Source of the DNA: Cytophagales bacterium
Lineage (GTDB): Bacteria > Bacteroidota > Bacteroidia > Cytophagales > CCMP332
DNA: 64,000 nt
Direction of reading: 5' to 3'
Assembly: GCA_965267555.1 (NCBI GenBank)
Contig: OZ254083.1
Span: 1,627,985-1,691,984 of the forward strand
Shown one piece after another: positions 9,627 through 17,872 of the stretch (its first letter is position 1; every line of letters begins with the position of its first letter). Below the pieces are notes generated by a model that ran no database searches, was not told the origin of the DNA, and was given only the letters and a program-made list of their open reading frames with translations. A program made the translations under genes and the position numbers.

Positions 9627-10543
9627 TTTTTCAAAGCTTCAACAATCGTTTTCACATTGGATTGAACAGTACCAATATAGCTGCCTTCCGGACTTCCCGC
9701 TTGCCCCAGCGCATCGGAATAAAGATATCCGCCAATTTTCAGAGGATGGCCTTTTCGTATACATCCTTCAACAACTGCATCAATGGATCTTCGCGAAACG
9801 GATGTTTCCACAAACACAGCGGGAATTTTATTTTCCACTAAAAAATTTACGAGCTTGCTGATGTCTTTAATTCCCGCTTCGCTCAAAGTAGATATTCCTT
9901 GTAATCCACGTACTTCAATATCATAAGCACGACCAAAATACTCAAATGCATCATGAGCAGTAACAAGAACCCTGTTTTTTTGGGGAATTGAAGCGATAGA
10001 GTCTTTTACTGTCTTATGTAAATAGCTTAAACGCTTGACATATTCATCTCGATTGACCAAAATTACCTCACCATTATCGATGGTGTCTGCCAAATGGCTG
10101 CCCAAGTTGCTTACAGCCTTAGCCCAAAGTGCTACATCAAACCAAATATGGGGATCATAATTCCCCGAAAATCCTTCTGCCTGAATAAAATCTTTTGTAT
10201 CGAGCATTTCTTCCATTGAGAAAACAGTTTTTTTGGCTTTTAGTCGTGCCAGAATTTCAACCATTTTCCCTTCGAGGTGCAGACCATTATAAACTACTAT
10301 ATCCGCATTGTTTAACCTTTGCAAATCGCCCTGTGTTGCTTTATACAAATGAGGATCCACACCCGGGCCCATCAAACTTGTAATTTCTACATTGGTATCA
10401 AGCAAATTAATAAGTGCATCACCGATAATTCCTGTTGTAGCTACAATTTGAATTTTTCCCTGCTTCTCGGAAGAATTTGGTGAAGAACAGGCTATTGCAA
10501 TAAGCAGTAGCAGTACATAAAACATTAGATTCTTTCCCATCAA
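9623..10543 (-). CDS. Metal ABC transporter substrate-binding lipoprotein (TroA/MntC-like)
   Basis: Lipobox IAC, GPGVDPHLY, DPHIWFD, TAHDAFEYFG, LYSDALG (His/His/His/Asp metal ligands). Confidence 0.93.
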   Translation of the reverse strand: MMGKNLMFYVLLLLIAIACSSPNSSEKQGKIQIVATTGIIGDALINLLDTNVEITSLMGPGVDPHLYKATQGDLQRLNNADIVVYNGLHLEGKMVEILARLKAKKTVFSMEEMLDTKDFIQAEGFSGNYDPHIWFDVALWAKAVSNLGSHLADTIDNGEVILVNRDEYVKRLSYLHKTVKDSIASIPQKNRVLVTAHDAFEYFGRAYDIEVRGLQGISTLSEAGIKDISKLVNFLVENKIPAVFVETSVSRRSIDAVVEGCIRKGHPLKIGGYLYSDALGQAGSPEGSYIGTVQSNVKTIVEALKK

Positions 10544-11199
10544 TAATTGACCATTAAATTTTGTGCTATTTGAGCTGAAATAATTATTGGACTGTGATTA
10601 TTGATGCTGACTTCATAGGAATTGTCAAATTCCACGATCTCAATGACTTTAACTTTTGCACCAAGTTTAATGTGAATCTTGTCGAGATATTTAAGAAAGA
10701 CACTTGATGTTTCTCCTAAACCCACTACAGAAGCCATTTCTCCGGGCTTAAGTTCTGACAAGGGAAATTTTTGAAGTTCAGGGAATTTACCGGAATCGTT
10801 GGGAATGGGATCGCCATGCGGGTCAAATTTTGGTTGGCCTAAAAACTCATCCAGTCTTTTTATCAAAAGGGGAGAGCGGATGTGTTCCAACTGCTCAGCG
10901 ACCTCGTGGACTTCATCCCAATTGAATTTCAACTTATCGACTAAAAACACTTCCCATAGCCGATGTTTTCGAATTACTCTTATAGCCGCTTCCTGCCCAT
11001 CTGTATTTATTTTTACACCCTGGTATTTTTTGTAATTGATAAGCTTTTTGTTGGAAAGTTTTCTCAGCATATCGCTTACAGATGCCGGTTTGGTGTCCAT
11101 GACATCTGCTATGGCATTGGTGCTCACAGCCTGATGGCCCTGCTGGGATAAATGAAAAATGGCCTTGAGGTAATTTTCTTCTGTAAGACTGAGTTTCAT
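10540..11199 (-). CDS. mntR: DtxR/MntR/TroR metal-dependent repressor with FeoA domain
   Basis: EENYLKAI, ASVSDML, RKHRLWEVFL, EAEQLEH-like VAEQLEH, DPHGDPIP, C-terminal FeoA-like domain. Confidence 0.92.
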   Translation of the reverse strand: MKLSLTEENYLKAIFHLSQQGHQAVSTNAIADVMDTKPASVSDMLRKLSNKKLINYKKYQGVKINTDGQEAAIRVIRKHRLWEVFLVDKLKFNWDEVHEVAEQLEHIRSPLLIKRLDEFLGQPKFDPHGDPIPNDSGKFPELQKFPLSELKPGEMASVVGLGETSSVFLKYLDKIHIKLGAKVKVIEIVEFDNSYEVSINNHSPIIISAQIAQNLMVNY

Positions 11200-11204
11200 A
11201 TTTA

Positions 11205-11225
11205 AAATTTAGACAAATCTAAAAA
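11205..11225. promoter_or_regulatory. Putative DtxR/MntR-family operator palindrome
   Basis: Perfect TTTAGA-CAAA-TCTAAA (11208-11223) starting 9 bp upstream of the repressor ATG. Confidence 0.7.
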
Positions 11226-11294
11226 TTAAAATTTAAAATATAAATTATTTATTTAATTTATAAAACATTGTAAAACAGATAGATAGTAGAATAT

Positions 11295-12398
11295 TTAAGA
11301 CTTGTCTAAAAATGTATTCAAAAAATTTAACTTGATCTTTTCACTGTTCCAAAGGGCCGACTCATCTACAAAATCAGAATGAATTTTTGACTTAATGATA
11401 TCTAGGGTTGATTCGTTCGGATCCAATTCAAAATTAAAATGGATAATTGGTGCATTGGGATTACAATTGCTTTTCCAATATTGATTTTCACTAATGATCA
11501 TTGGAATTCCATTGGCAAGAGCATCAAATAATTTTGTGGGAAACTTGTTTTGATTTTGTACACTGACTTTATAAGGTGCAAGAAGGACATCTGAATTTCT
11601 ATAGGCCTGAATTATCTCAGTTTGATCAACCGGTTTGTTTTTTATAATTCCCTTTAACCAGGGAAGGGTAATTTTTTTTAGCCTGGCATAGACAGTTTCT
11701 TTTGTCGCGTGTACACAAAGATTTAACTCGGCTTTTTGTCCCAGTTCAATAATGGCTTGCACAAAATTGATTGCTTTAAATATTCCTGTGCTATCATGTG
11801 CTGTACCTGTAAAAGCAAATTGAATGACACTTGGATCAAATGGTTTTCTGATAATTTTATCACCCTGATATTTATTCTCTAAAACCGTAAAATTTGGACT
11901 AATAAAAGAGAGCTCTTCCAAATAACATTTTTCGGCAAGAAAGTAATGGTCAATATGTTTTGCTGCTTTAAACTCTATATTTCTGATATATGATGCCAAA
12001 AGGCGATTCAGCGGAAAAGGATATATACCAAGGCTGCTCACATTTAAACTGTGATTTTCACGTATATCATAAATAAGAAAACAGGAATTATTCCTTTTAT
12101 ATTTTAAAGCCGGAACTAAAAGCTCAAAGGTATTGATGATTAATATTTGCGGGTTTAATGTATTGAGTAGTGCTAAGAATTTTTTACCTGATTGAAATCG
12201 ATCCAAACTTAAGCGCTTAAAATTAAATATTGGATGAAATGTAATTTTATGGTCGTTCGTTAAATTATCAGGGTTAAAACCGGCAATATGTATTTCGAGA
12301 TTTGGAAATTCTGCTAAAGATAAACCCAACTTTTTGTACATTCGCGGCTCATTAACCGGCTTTAAAACAGAAGCAATAAGGACTTTCTTTTTATCCAT
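11295..12398 (-). CDS. GT-B fold glycosyltransferase (GT4-like)
   Basis: RMYKKLGLSL, YDIREN, SDVLLAPY, FPTKLFDALANGIPMI. Confidence 0.75.
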   Translation of the reverse strand: MDKKKVLIASVLKPVNEPRMYKKLGLSLAEFPNLEIHIAGFNPDNLTNDHKITFHPIFNFKRLSLDRFQSGKKFLALLNTLNPQILIINTFELLVPALKYKRNNSCFLIYDIRENHSLNVSSLGIYPFPLNRLLASYIRNIEFKAAKHIDHYFLAEKCYLEELSFISPNFTVLENKYQGDKIIRKPFDPSVIQFAFTGTAHDSTGIFKAINFVQAIIELGQKAELNLCVHATKETVYARLKKITLPWLKGIIKNKPVDQTEIIQAYRNSDVLLAPYKVSVQNQNKFPTKLFDALANGIPMIISENQYWKSNCNPNAPIIHFNFELDPNESTLDIIKSKIHSDFVDESALWNSEKIKLNFLNTFLDKS

Positions 12399-12412
12399 TG
12401 AATCGGCAAATT

Positions 12413-13225
12413 ATGGAATTACGAAAACTAATAGAAACCGCCTGGGACAACAAAGAACTTCTCAAAGAGGCAAAAACCATTGAGGGCATTGAAAAGGCTA
12501 TTGAAATGCTCGACAAAGGTGAAATACGTGTAGCAGAACCGGATGGTGATGACTGGAAGGTCAATGAATGGGTCAAAAAAGCGGTGATCCTGTATTTCCC
12601 CATACGCAAAATGGAAACGCTTGAATCCGGAATATTTGAATTTCATGATAAAATTCCTTTAAAGAAAAATTTTGCTGATCTAGGCATCCGCGTGGTGCCT
12701 CATGCACTGGCTAGGTACGGTGCTTATGTATCGAAAGGAGTCGTAATGATGCCTTCTTATGTAAATATTGGAGCATATGTGGATGAAGGAACGATGGTTG
12801 ATACCTGGGCAACTGTAGGCAGTTGCGCGCAGATAGGTAAAGACGTACATCTGAGTGGAGGTGTTGGAATTGGAGGGGTTTTAGAACCACTTCAGGCTTC
12901 GCCGGTTATAATTGAGGATGGCGCTTTTATTGGTTCCAGGTGTATTGTGGTAGAAGGTGTTCGCATCGGGAAGGAAGCAGTATTGGGTGCCAATGTAACC
13001 TTAACTAAAAGCTCTAAAATTATTGATGTTACTGGGTCGACCCCTAAAATATATAAGGGAATTGTTCCGCCACGATCTGTGGTCATTCCGGGTTCTACCG
13101 TTAAAAAGTTTCCTGCAGGGGAATTTAATGTACCGGCGGCTTTAATAATTGGTAAACGAAATGCCGGCACCGATCTAAAAACATCTTTAAATCAAGCTTT
13201 AAGAGAAAACGATATCGCTGTATGA
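12413..13225 (+). CDS. dapD: Tetrahydrodipicolinate N-succinyltransferase
   Basis: WKVNEWVKKAVILYF, DKIPLK, RVVP, MPSYVNIGAYVDEGTMVDTWATVGSCAQIG, GIGGVLEPLQ. Confidence 0.96.
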   Translation: MELRKLIETAWDNKELLKEAKTIEGIEKAIEMLDKGEIRVAEPDGDDWKVNEWVKKAVILYFPIRKMETLESGIFEFHDKIPLKKNFADLGIRVVPHALARYGAYVSKGVVMMPSYVNIGAYVDEGTMVDTWATVGSCAQIGKDVHLSGGVGIGGVLEPLQASPVIIEDGAFIGSRCIVVEGVRIGKEAVLGANVTLTKSSKIIDVTGSTPKIYKGIVPPRSVVIPGSTVKKFPAGEFNVPAALIIGKRNAGTDLKTSLNQALRENDIAV

Positions 13226-13620
13226 TGACTTTAATAACATCAAAAATTGCAATGGCCAAGGACCTAGGTATGCATGGCAATTTATTTGGAGGTAATATGC
13301 TATCATGGATCGATGAAGCAGCCGCAACTCTCGCTTCAAGGATCGTGCAAACGGCCAGTCTTGTGACCTTAAAAATGGAAGAAGTGGTTTTTAAGAAAGC
13401 TGTTAAGCAGGGTTTTCAGATTTTAATTTATGGCGAAGTACATAAAATCGGTAGCACCTCAATTACCCTTTCGATTGAAGCGCGCAAGCATAACGTTTAT
13501 TCGGGAGAAGAAGATGTTGTTTGTTCTACTAAAATAACCTTTGTCAAAATTGATGAACACGGTTCACCAATTCCAATCTCACCTCATATTCGAAAAAAAT
13601 GGGAAAATGGAGAAATTTAG
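13222..13620 (+). CDS. Acyl-CoA thioesterase (hotdog fold)
   Basis: DLGMHGNLFGGNMLSWIDEAA, VGST-like IGSTSITL, FVKIDEHGSP. Confidence 0.88.
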   Translation: MMTLITSKIAMAKDLGMHGNLFGGNMLSWIDEAAATLASRIVQTASLVTLKMEEVVFKKAVKQGFQILIYGEVHKIGSTSITLSIEARKHNVYSGEEDVVCSTKITFVKIDEHGSPIPISPHIRKKWENGEI

Positions 13621-13622
13621 GA

Positions 13623-14513
13623 TTATTTAAAATTTGCGGCAGGTATCAATTCTTTACCACCCTTTGAATAATCGTAAAAACCAGCTCCCGATTTAACTCC
13701 TAGATTACCGGATTGTACCATATTGACCAGTAAAGGGCAAGGTGCGTACTTTGGATTACCCAATCCTTCGTGCAATACGCGTAAAATAGAAAGACAAACA
13801 TCCAATCCTATAAAATCAGCTAGTTGCAAAGGCCCCATGGGGTGTGCCATGCCCAGTTTCATAACGGTATCGATTTCCTGAACTCCGGCAACGCCTTCAA
13901 ACAGCGTAATTATCGCCTCGTTAATCATAGGCATCAAAATTCGGTTTGCTACAAATCCAGGATAATCGTTGACCTCTACGGGTACCTTTTTTAAATTTTT
14001 TGAAAGCTCAAAAACCGTATTACAAACCTGGTCGGAAGTAGAATAACCTCTGATCACCTCTACGAGCTTCATGACCGGTACCGGATTCATAAAGTGCATT
14101 CCGATCACCTTATCGGGTTTTGAGGTTACACTTGCAATTTTAGTGATGGAAATTGATGATGTATTGGAAGCCAGTATGCAATCCTTTTTTGTGTTTTCAT
14201 CGAGGGTCTTGAAGATTTTTAACTTCAAATCCACATTCTCTGTGGCTGCTTCTACCACAAGCTCAGCATCAACAACACCTGAAGGCAAATCTGTGTTTGT
14301 TTGAACTCTGGCCAGGATACTGTTTTTGTCCTTTTCAGTAATCAGCTCCTTTTTTATTTGGCGGTCGAGATTTTTATTTATAGTGGCAATGCCTTTGTCC
14401 AGTGAATCCTGGCTAATGTCAATCAAATTGACATCGAAGCCGTTTTGAGCAAAAACATGTGCAATCCCGTTTCCCATGGTGCCTGCTCCAATTACTGCGA
14501 TTTTCTTCATCAT
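13623..14513 (-). CDS. hbd: 3-hydroxybutyryl-CoA dehydrogenase
   Basis: GAGTMGNGIA, VVEAATE, ASNTSSISI, GMHFMNPVP, PGFVANR, HPMGPLQLADFIGLD. Confidence 0.95.
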   Translation of the reverse strand: MMKKIAVIGAGTMGNGIAHVFAQNGFDVNLIDISQDSLDKGIATINKNLDRQIKKELITEKDKNSILARVQTNTDLPSGVVDAELVVEAATENVDLKLKIFKTLDENTKKDCILASNTSSISITKIASVTSKPDKVIGMHFMNPVPVMKLVEVIRGYSTSDQVCNTVFELSKNLKKVPVEVNDYPGFVANRILMPMINEAIITLFEGVAGVQEIDTVMKLGMAHPMGPLQLADFIGLDVCLSILRVLHEGLGNPKYAPCPLLVNMVQSGNLGVKSGAGFYDYSKGGKELIPAANFK

Positions 14514-14530
14514 ATTGCGTTTTGGTCACG

Positions 14531-14538
14531 CAAATTTA
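14531..14538 (-). promoter_or_regulatory. Bacteroidota -7 promoter motif TAAATTTG for hbd
   Basis: Reverse complement of caaattta, 18 bp upstream of the hbd start. Confidence 0.5.
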
Positions 14539-14670
14539 ATGCTAAGAAATGCTTATCCAAATAATTTAATATTCACTTACTTTTTGATTTTTTATTGTAT
14601 TAAGTAATAAAAAAGACGAATAATAAATCTAAAATTGCTTTAATTGGTTATAAATTGAAAAAACAAGACT

Positions 14671-15594
14671 ATGAAAACAAAAATACTCTTACTCTTAACC
14701 TTAATTTCAATTGAGTTTACTTTGGCTCAAACCGTGACATTGAATCCCGACAAAGACAATACCTTGTATGAATCTGCTTCCGGGGATGTTAGCAATGGCG
14801 CGGGAGATTATTTATTTTTTGGACAAACCAATCAGGGCGATTTAAGAAGAGCTTTAATTTCTTTTGATGTCGCATCGGCACTTCAGCCGGGAGATAGTGT
14901 TACTAATGTATTACTTCGATTTGAAGTGAGTAAAGTACCAAACAATACAAGCAGGACTACAAACATTCACGCACTGACTGCCAGCTGGGGTGAAGGAAGC
15001 AGTAATGCTGGAGGACAGGAAGGCACAGGAACTGCCGCAACTACAGGTGACGCTACCTGGACCATGGCCTTTTTTGGTGGTACCAATCCTGTTCCATGGG
15101 CAAATGCAGGTGGAGATTTTAACCCTACGGCATCCGGAAGCGTCGACGTAACGGGTACAGGGGCTTACAGTGCTTCAAGTGCACAAATGATTGCAGATGT
15201 ACAAGACTGGTTAAATAATCCCTCCAATAATAACGGTTGGATTTTGATAGGAGAAGAAGGGACGAATGCCAGTGCAAAACGCATCAATTCAAGGGAAAAC
15301 TCTTCTAACTCCCTCTCATTGCAAATTGATTTTTTAAGACCTGTAGCGCTTAAGTCTAAATCTGACTTGGATCAAGCTGTATCTGTATTTCCAAATCCGG
15401 TGAGTTCAACTTTTGAGATTAAGTCCAATGCTGAAATTAATACGATAGAAGTTCTGGATTTAAGTGGAAAAAGAAGAAAGGTTATAAGTCCAAATACAAA
15501 GCTTTTTGACATTTCAGATTTGGATAGGGGAATATATTTACTCAAAATGCAAATAGGAGATACCTCCGTAACGCAAAAGCTGATTAAGAATTAA
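14671..15594 (+). CDS. Secreted DNRLRE-domain protein with T9SS type-A C-terminal sorting domain
   Basis: Signal peptide; PDKDNTLYE, RRALISFDV, WLNNPSNNNGWIL, NSRE; CTD VFPNPVSS...DLDRGIYLLK...TQKLIKN. Confidence 0.82.
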   Translation: MKTKILLLLTLISIEFTLAQTVTLNPDKDNTLYESASGDVSNGAGDYLFFGQTNQGDLRRALISFDVASALQPGDSVTNVLLRFEVSKVPNNTSRTTNIHALTASWGEGSSNAGGQEGTGTAATTGDATWTMAFFGGTNPVPWANAGGDFNPTASGSVDVTGTGAYSASSAQMIADVQDWLNNPSNNNGWILIGEEGTNASAKRINSRENSSNSLSLQIDFLRPVALKSKSDLDQAVSVFPNPVSSTFEIKSNAEINTIEVLDLSGKRRKVISPNTKLFDISDLDRGIYLLKMQIGDTSVTQKLIKN

Positions 15595-15616
15595 AAAGCT
15601 TTCAACAGCATAATAG

Positions 15617-15644
15617 ACCCGATTCGCAAGATTCGGGTTTTTTT
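15617..15644 (+). terminator. Rho-independent terminator
   Basis: ACCCGA-TTC-GCAA-GAT-TCGGGT stem with GCAA tetraloop followed by a T-run, 22 bp after the stop. Confidence 0.75.
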
Positions 15645-17865
15645 ATACAATTTGTTTTTGGGTATTGGTATTAACAAAGAGCACGTCTCCAATAGAATCG
15701 TAACCTTTAAAAACTTCTTCCGCTTCGTGTTTTACCATTTCTGTGCGAATTCCCAAAATAGTTAAATCGGCTTCAGCAGATTTTTCATTGACAATATTTT
15801 TTATCTCGATTTCTTCTGTTTTAGGAATGACTTCAATATTATTTGGAGAAATAGGCAATCTACCTGTTTTGATCAATTCCATGATCTTATTCCTTTGATT
15901 GACCAGATCTTCTTTTGGATAAATAGCAAAAATTTTAATATCTCCCTTATGCCAATCGGGGTGACCTAAGATGATATAGGATAGTAAAATCATCAGACTG
16001 GCATTTTCAAAATCCTTTTGAGTGAGCCAAATGTGGATCTGTTTTCTAAATCCAAAATTTCTGTCCGAACTACCAAGAATCATAACATCAAAATTGGTCG
16101 ATTTTGTCAATTGAAAATTGTCGACAATGTCACTCAGGTTATCTGGTTGATGTTTTGAAAACTCAAAGAGTATCATGTTATTTTCCTTACCGGAAATTCC
16201 CGGCAGTTGAATCACCTGGGCCACTGCAGAAGTATAGCTTGGACTGATCATCGTATCCAGATAGATATTGGTCTTATTGGCCTCTGCCATTTTAATGAGT
16301 TTATTCAATGACTCTCTGGCTTTAATATGGGTGTCTTTGGACAGATAACCATCTATGCGATGAATATAGGTTCCAAAACCAAATTTGTAGGATATCCAAC
16401 CAAGCAATTCAAAAGCGCCAAATCGTTTGAATGAGTCTTCCGAAATACAGACCACTGATGGTCTCCAGGTATCTGCATCGGGATCTTTATGGGCCTTTTG
16501 CAGGAAAACCTGAAGTTGGCGCGCCAATTGAAAAATGACCGATTGAAATATTCTGTTTAAGCCTTCTTTTTGACTTCTGGTATTTGATATTCCAAGATAT
16601 GTAAGGACCATTATGGCTAAAGATATTGTGGCATAGGTAGCGTTCATTTGAAACATCAGGAAAATACATAAAATGGCTCCTACCAATGATAAAAACCACT
16701 TCGACCTAAAAGAGGGGCGGTAGGAGGGGTCGCCCGCAAAATGCTCCAAAAATGAAATGGTGCATATCGCACCGTAGGTCACCATAAAAAACATGGAAAT
16801 AATTTCTGCAACAAAGTTGACATCACCGATCATTACAAAAAAGAAAGCGATGATCGACGTTACGATCGCTGCATTTCGCGGTTCTTTACTTTGTGCTACA
16901 AATTTTGATAACCAGATATTGGCATCCGTCGAAGGGAAAATTCTATCAGAAGCAAGGGCCTGTAATGTTCTGGGTGCTACCATAATCGAACCCAGTGCGG
17001 ATGAAATAGTGGCCGCTGCAAGCCCAATTGGTATGATAGGCCCCCAGATGGCAATGTCGCTCATAATTAATTGATTCTGATCGAGTTCATCGGGTGATGC
17101 AGATATGTAAAGTTTTATGGCGATAAAGAAATACATTATCATTCCAAAAATTGTGGCATAGAGCGTTCCTCTGGGAATTGATTTTTTGGGATCTTTTAAA
17201 TCTCCCGAAAGTCCTACCCCGGCAGTCATACCTGTAAATGCAGGGAAACAGATTGCAAATACAAAAAAGAAATTATCGGGATTGGAAACCGTTTGCATCA
17301 TGTCCATTTCTGTGAAATCAACCGAACCGGCAGTTTTTCCTCCCATAAAAAACATGACCAGTGAAGCTGCCAGAATTGTAACGACAACATAGAGCGCTTT
17401 TACACCGAGATCTGCACCTTTAATAAGTATAAGTGATATTAAAAGAAGTAAAAAAGGAATGCTTACTATTCTGTAATCAAAAATATAAATGGCATATTCC
17501 TGTAATAAATAATGAAATACAGGTTCAAATGCCTGGGAAAAAGCGATGATGTAGAATGCTACACTAATTGCCTGTGACAAGTAAAGGGCAATTCCTATCG
17601 CAGCACCAATGGTGATCCCAAATGACCTGGAAATGATATAATATTCTCCGCCACCTTCAACTTTCTGATTGGTAGCTATTTCTGCAATGGCCATTGCCGT
17701 TGGTATGGTTACTAAGTGACCAATTATTATAATGGCGAAGGTGCCGTATAAGCCTACGTTTCCAACCGCATACCCAAACCTGAGAAACATAATTGCTCCG
17801 AGGATGGTAGAAACAGCCGTAAGAAATACAGGTGCTGTCCCAAAACCTTTTTTAGTTCGACTCAT
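15643..17865 (-). CDS. Cation-chloride cotransporter (SLC12)-like APC transporter
   Basis: ILGAIMFLRFG, GGGEYYIISRSFG, FPAFTGMTAGVGLSGDLKDPKKSIPRGT, cytosolic domain starting WRPSV. Confidence 0.85.
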   Translation of the reverse strand: MSRTKKGFGTAPVFLTAVSTILGAIMFLRFGYAVGNVGLYGTFAIIIIGHLVTIPTAMAIAEIATNQKVEGGGEYYIISRSFGITIGAAIGIALYLSQAISVAFYIIAFSQAFEPVFHYLLQEYAIYIFDYRIVSIPFLLLLISLILIKGADLGVKALYVVVTILAASLVMFFMGGKTAGSVDFTEMDMMQTVSNPDNFFFVFAICFPAFTGMTAGVGLSGDLKDPKKSIPRGTLYATIFGMIMYFFIAIKLYISASPDELDQNQLIMSDIAIWGPIIPIGLAAATISSALGSIMVAPRTLQALASDRIFPSTDANIWLSKFVAQSKEPRNAAIVTSIIAFFFVMIGDVNFVAEIISMFFMVTYGAICTISFLEHFAGDPSYRPSFRSKWFLSLVGAILCIFLMFQMNATYATISLAIMVLTYLGISNTRSQKEGLNRIFQSVIFQLARQLQVFLQKAHKDPDADTWRPSVVCISEDSFKRFGAFELLGWISYKFGFGTYIHRIDGYLSKDTHIKARESLNKLIKMAEANKTNIYLDTMISPSYTSAVAQVIQLPGISGKENNMILFEFSKHQPDNLSDIVDNFQLTKSTNFDVMILGSSDRNFGFRKQIHIWLTQKDFENASLMILLSYIILGHPDWHKGDIKIFAIYPKEDLVNQRNKIMELIKTGRLPISPNNIEVIPKTEEIEIKNIVNEKSAEADLTILGIRTEMVKHEAEEVFKGYDSIGDVLFVNTNTQKQIV

Positions 17866-17872
17866 AAAAAAT

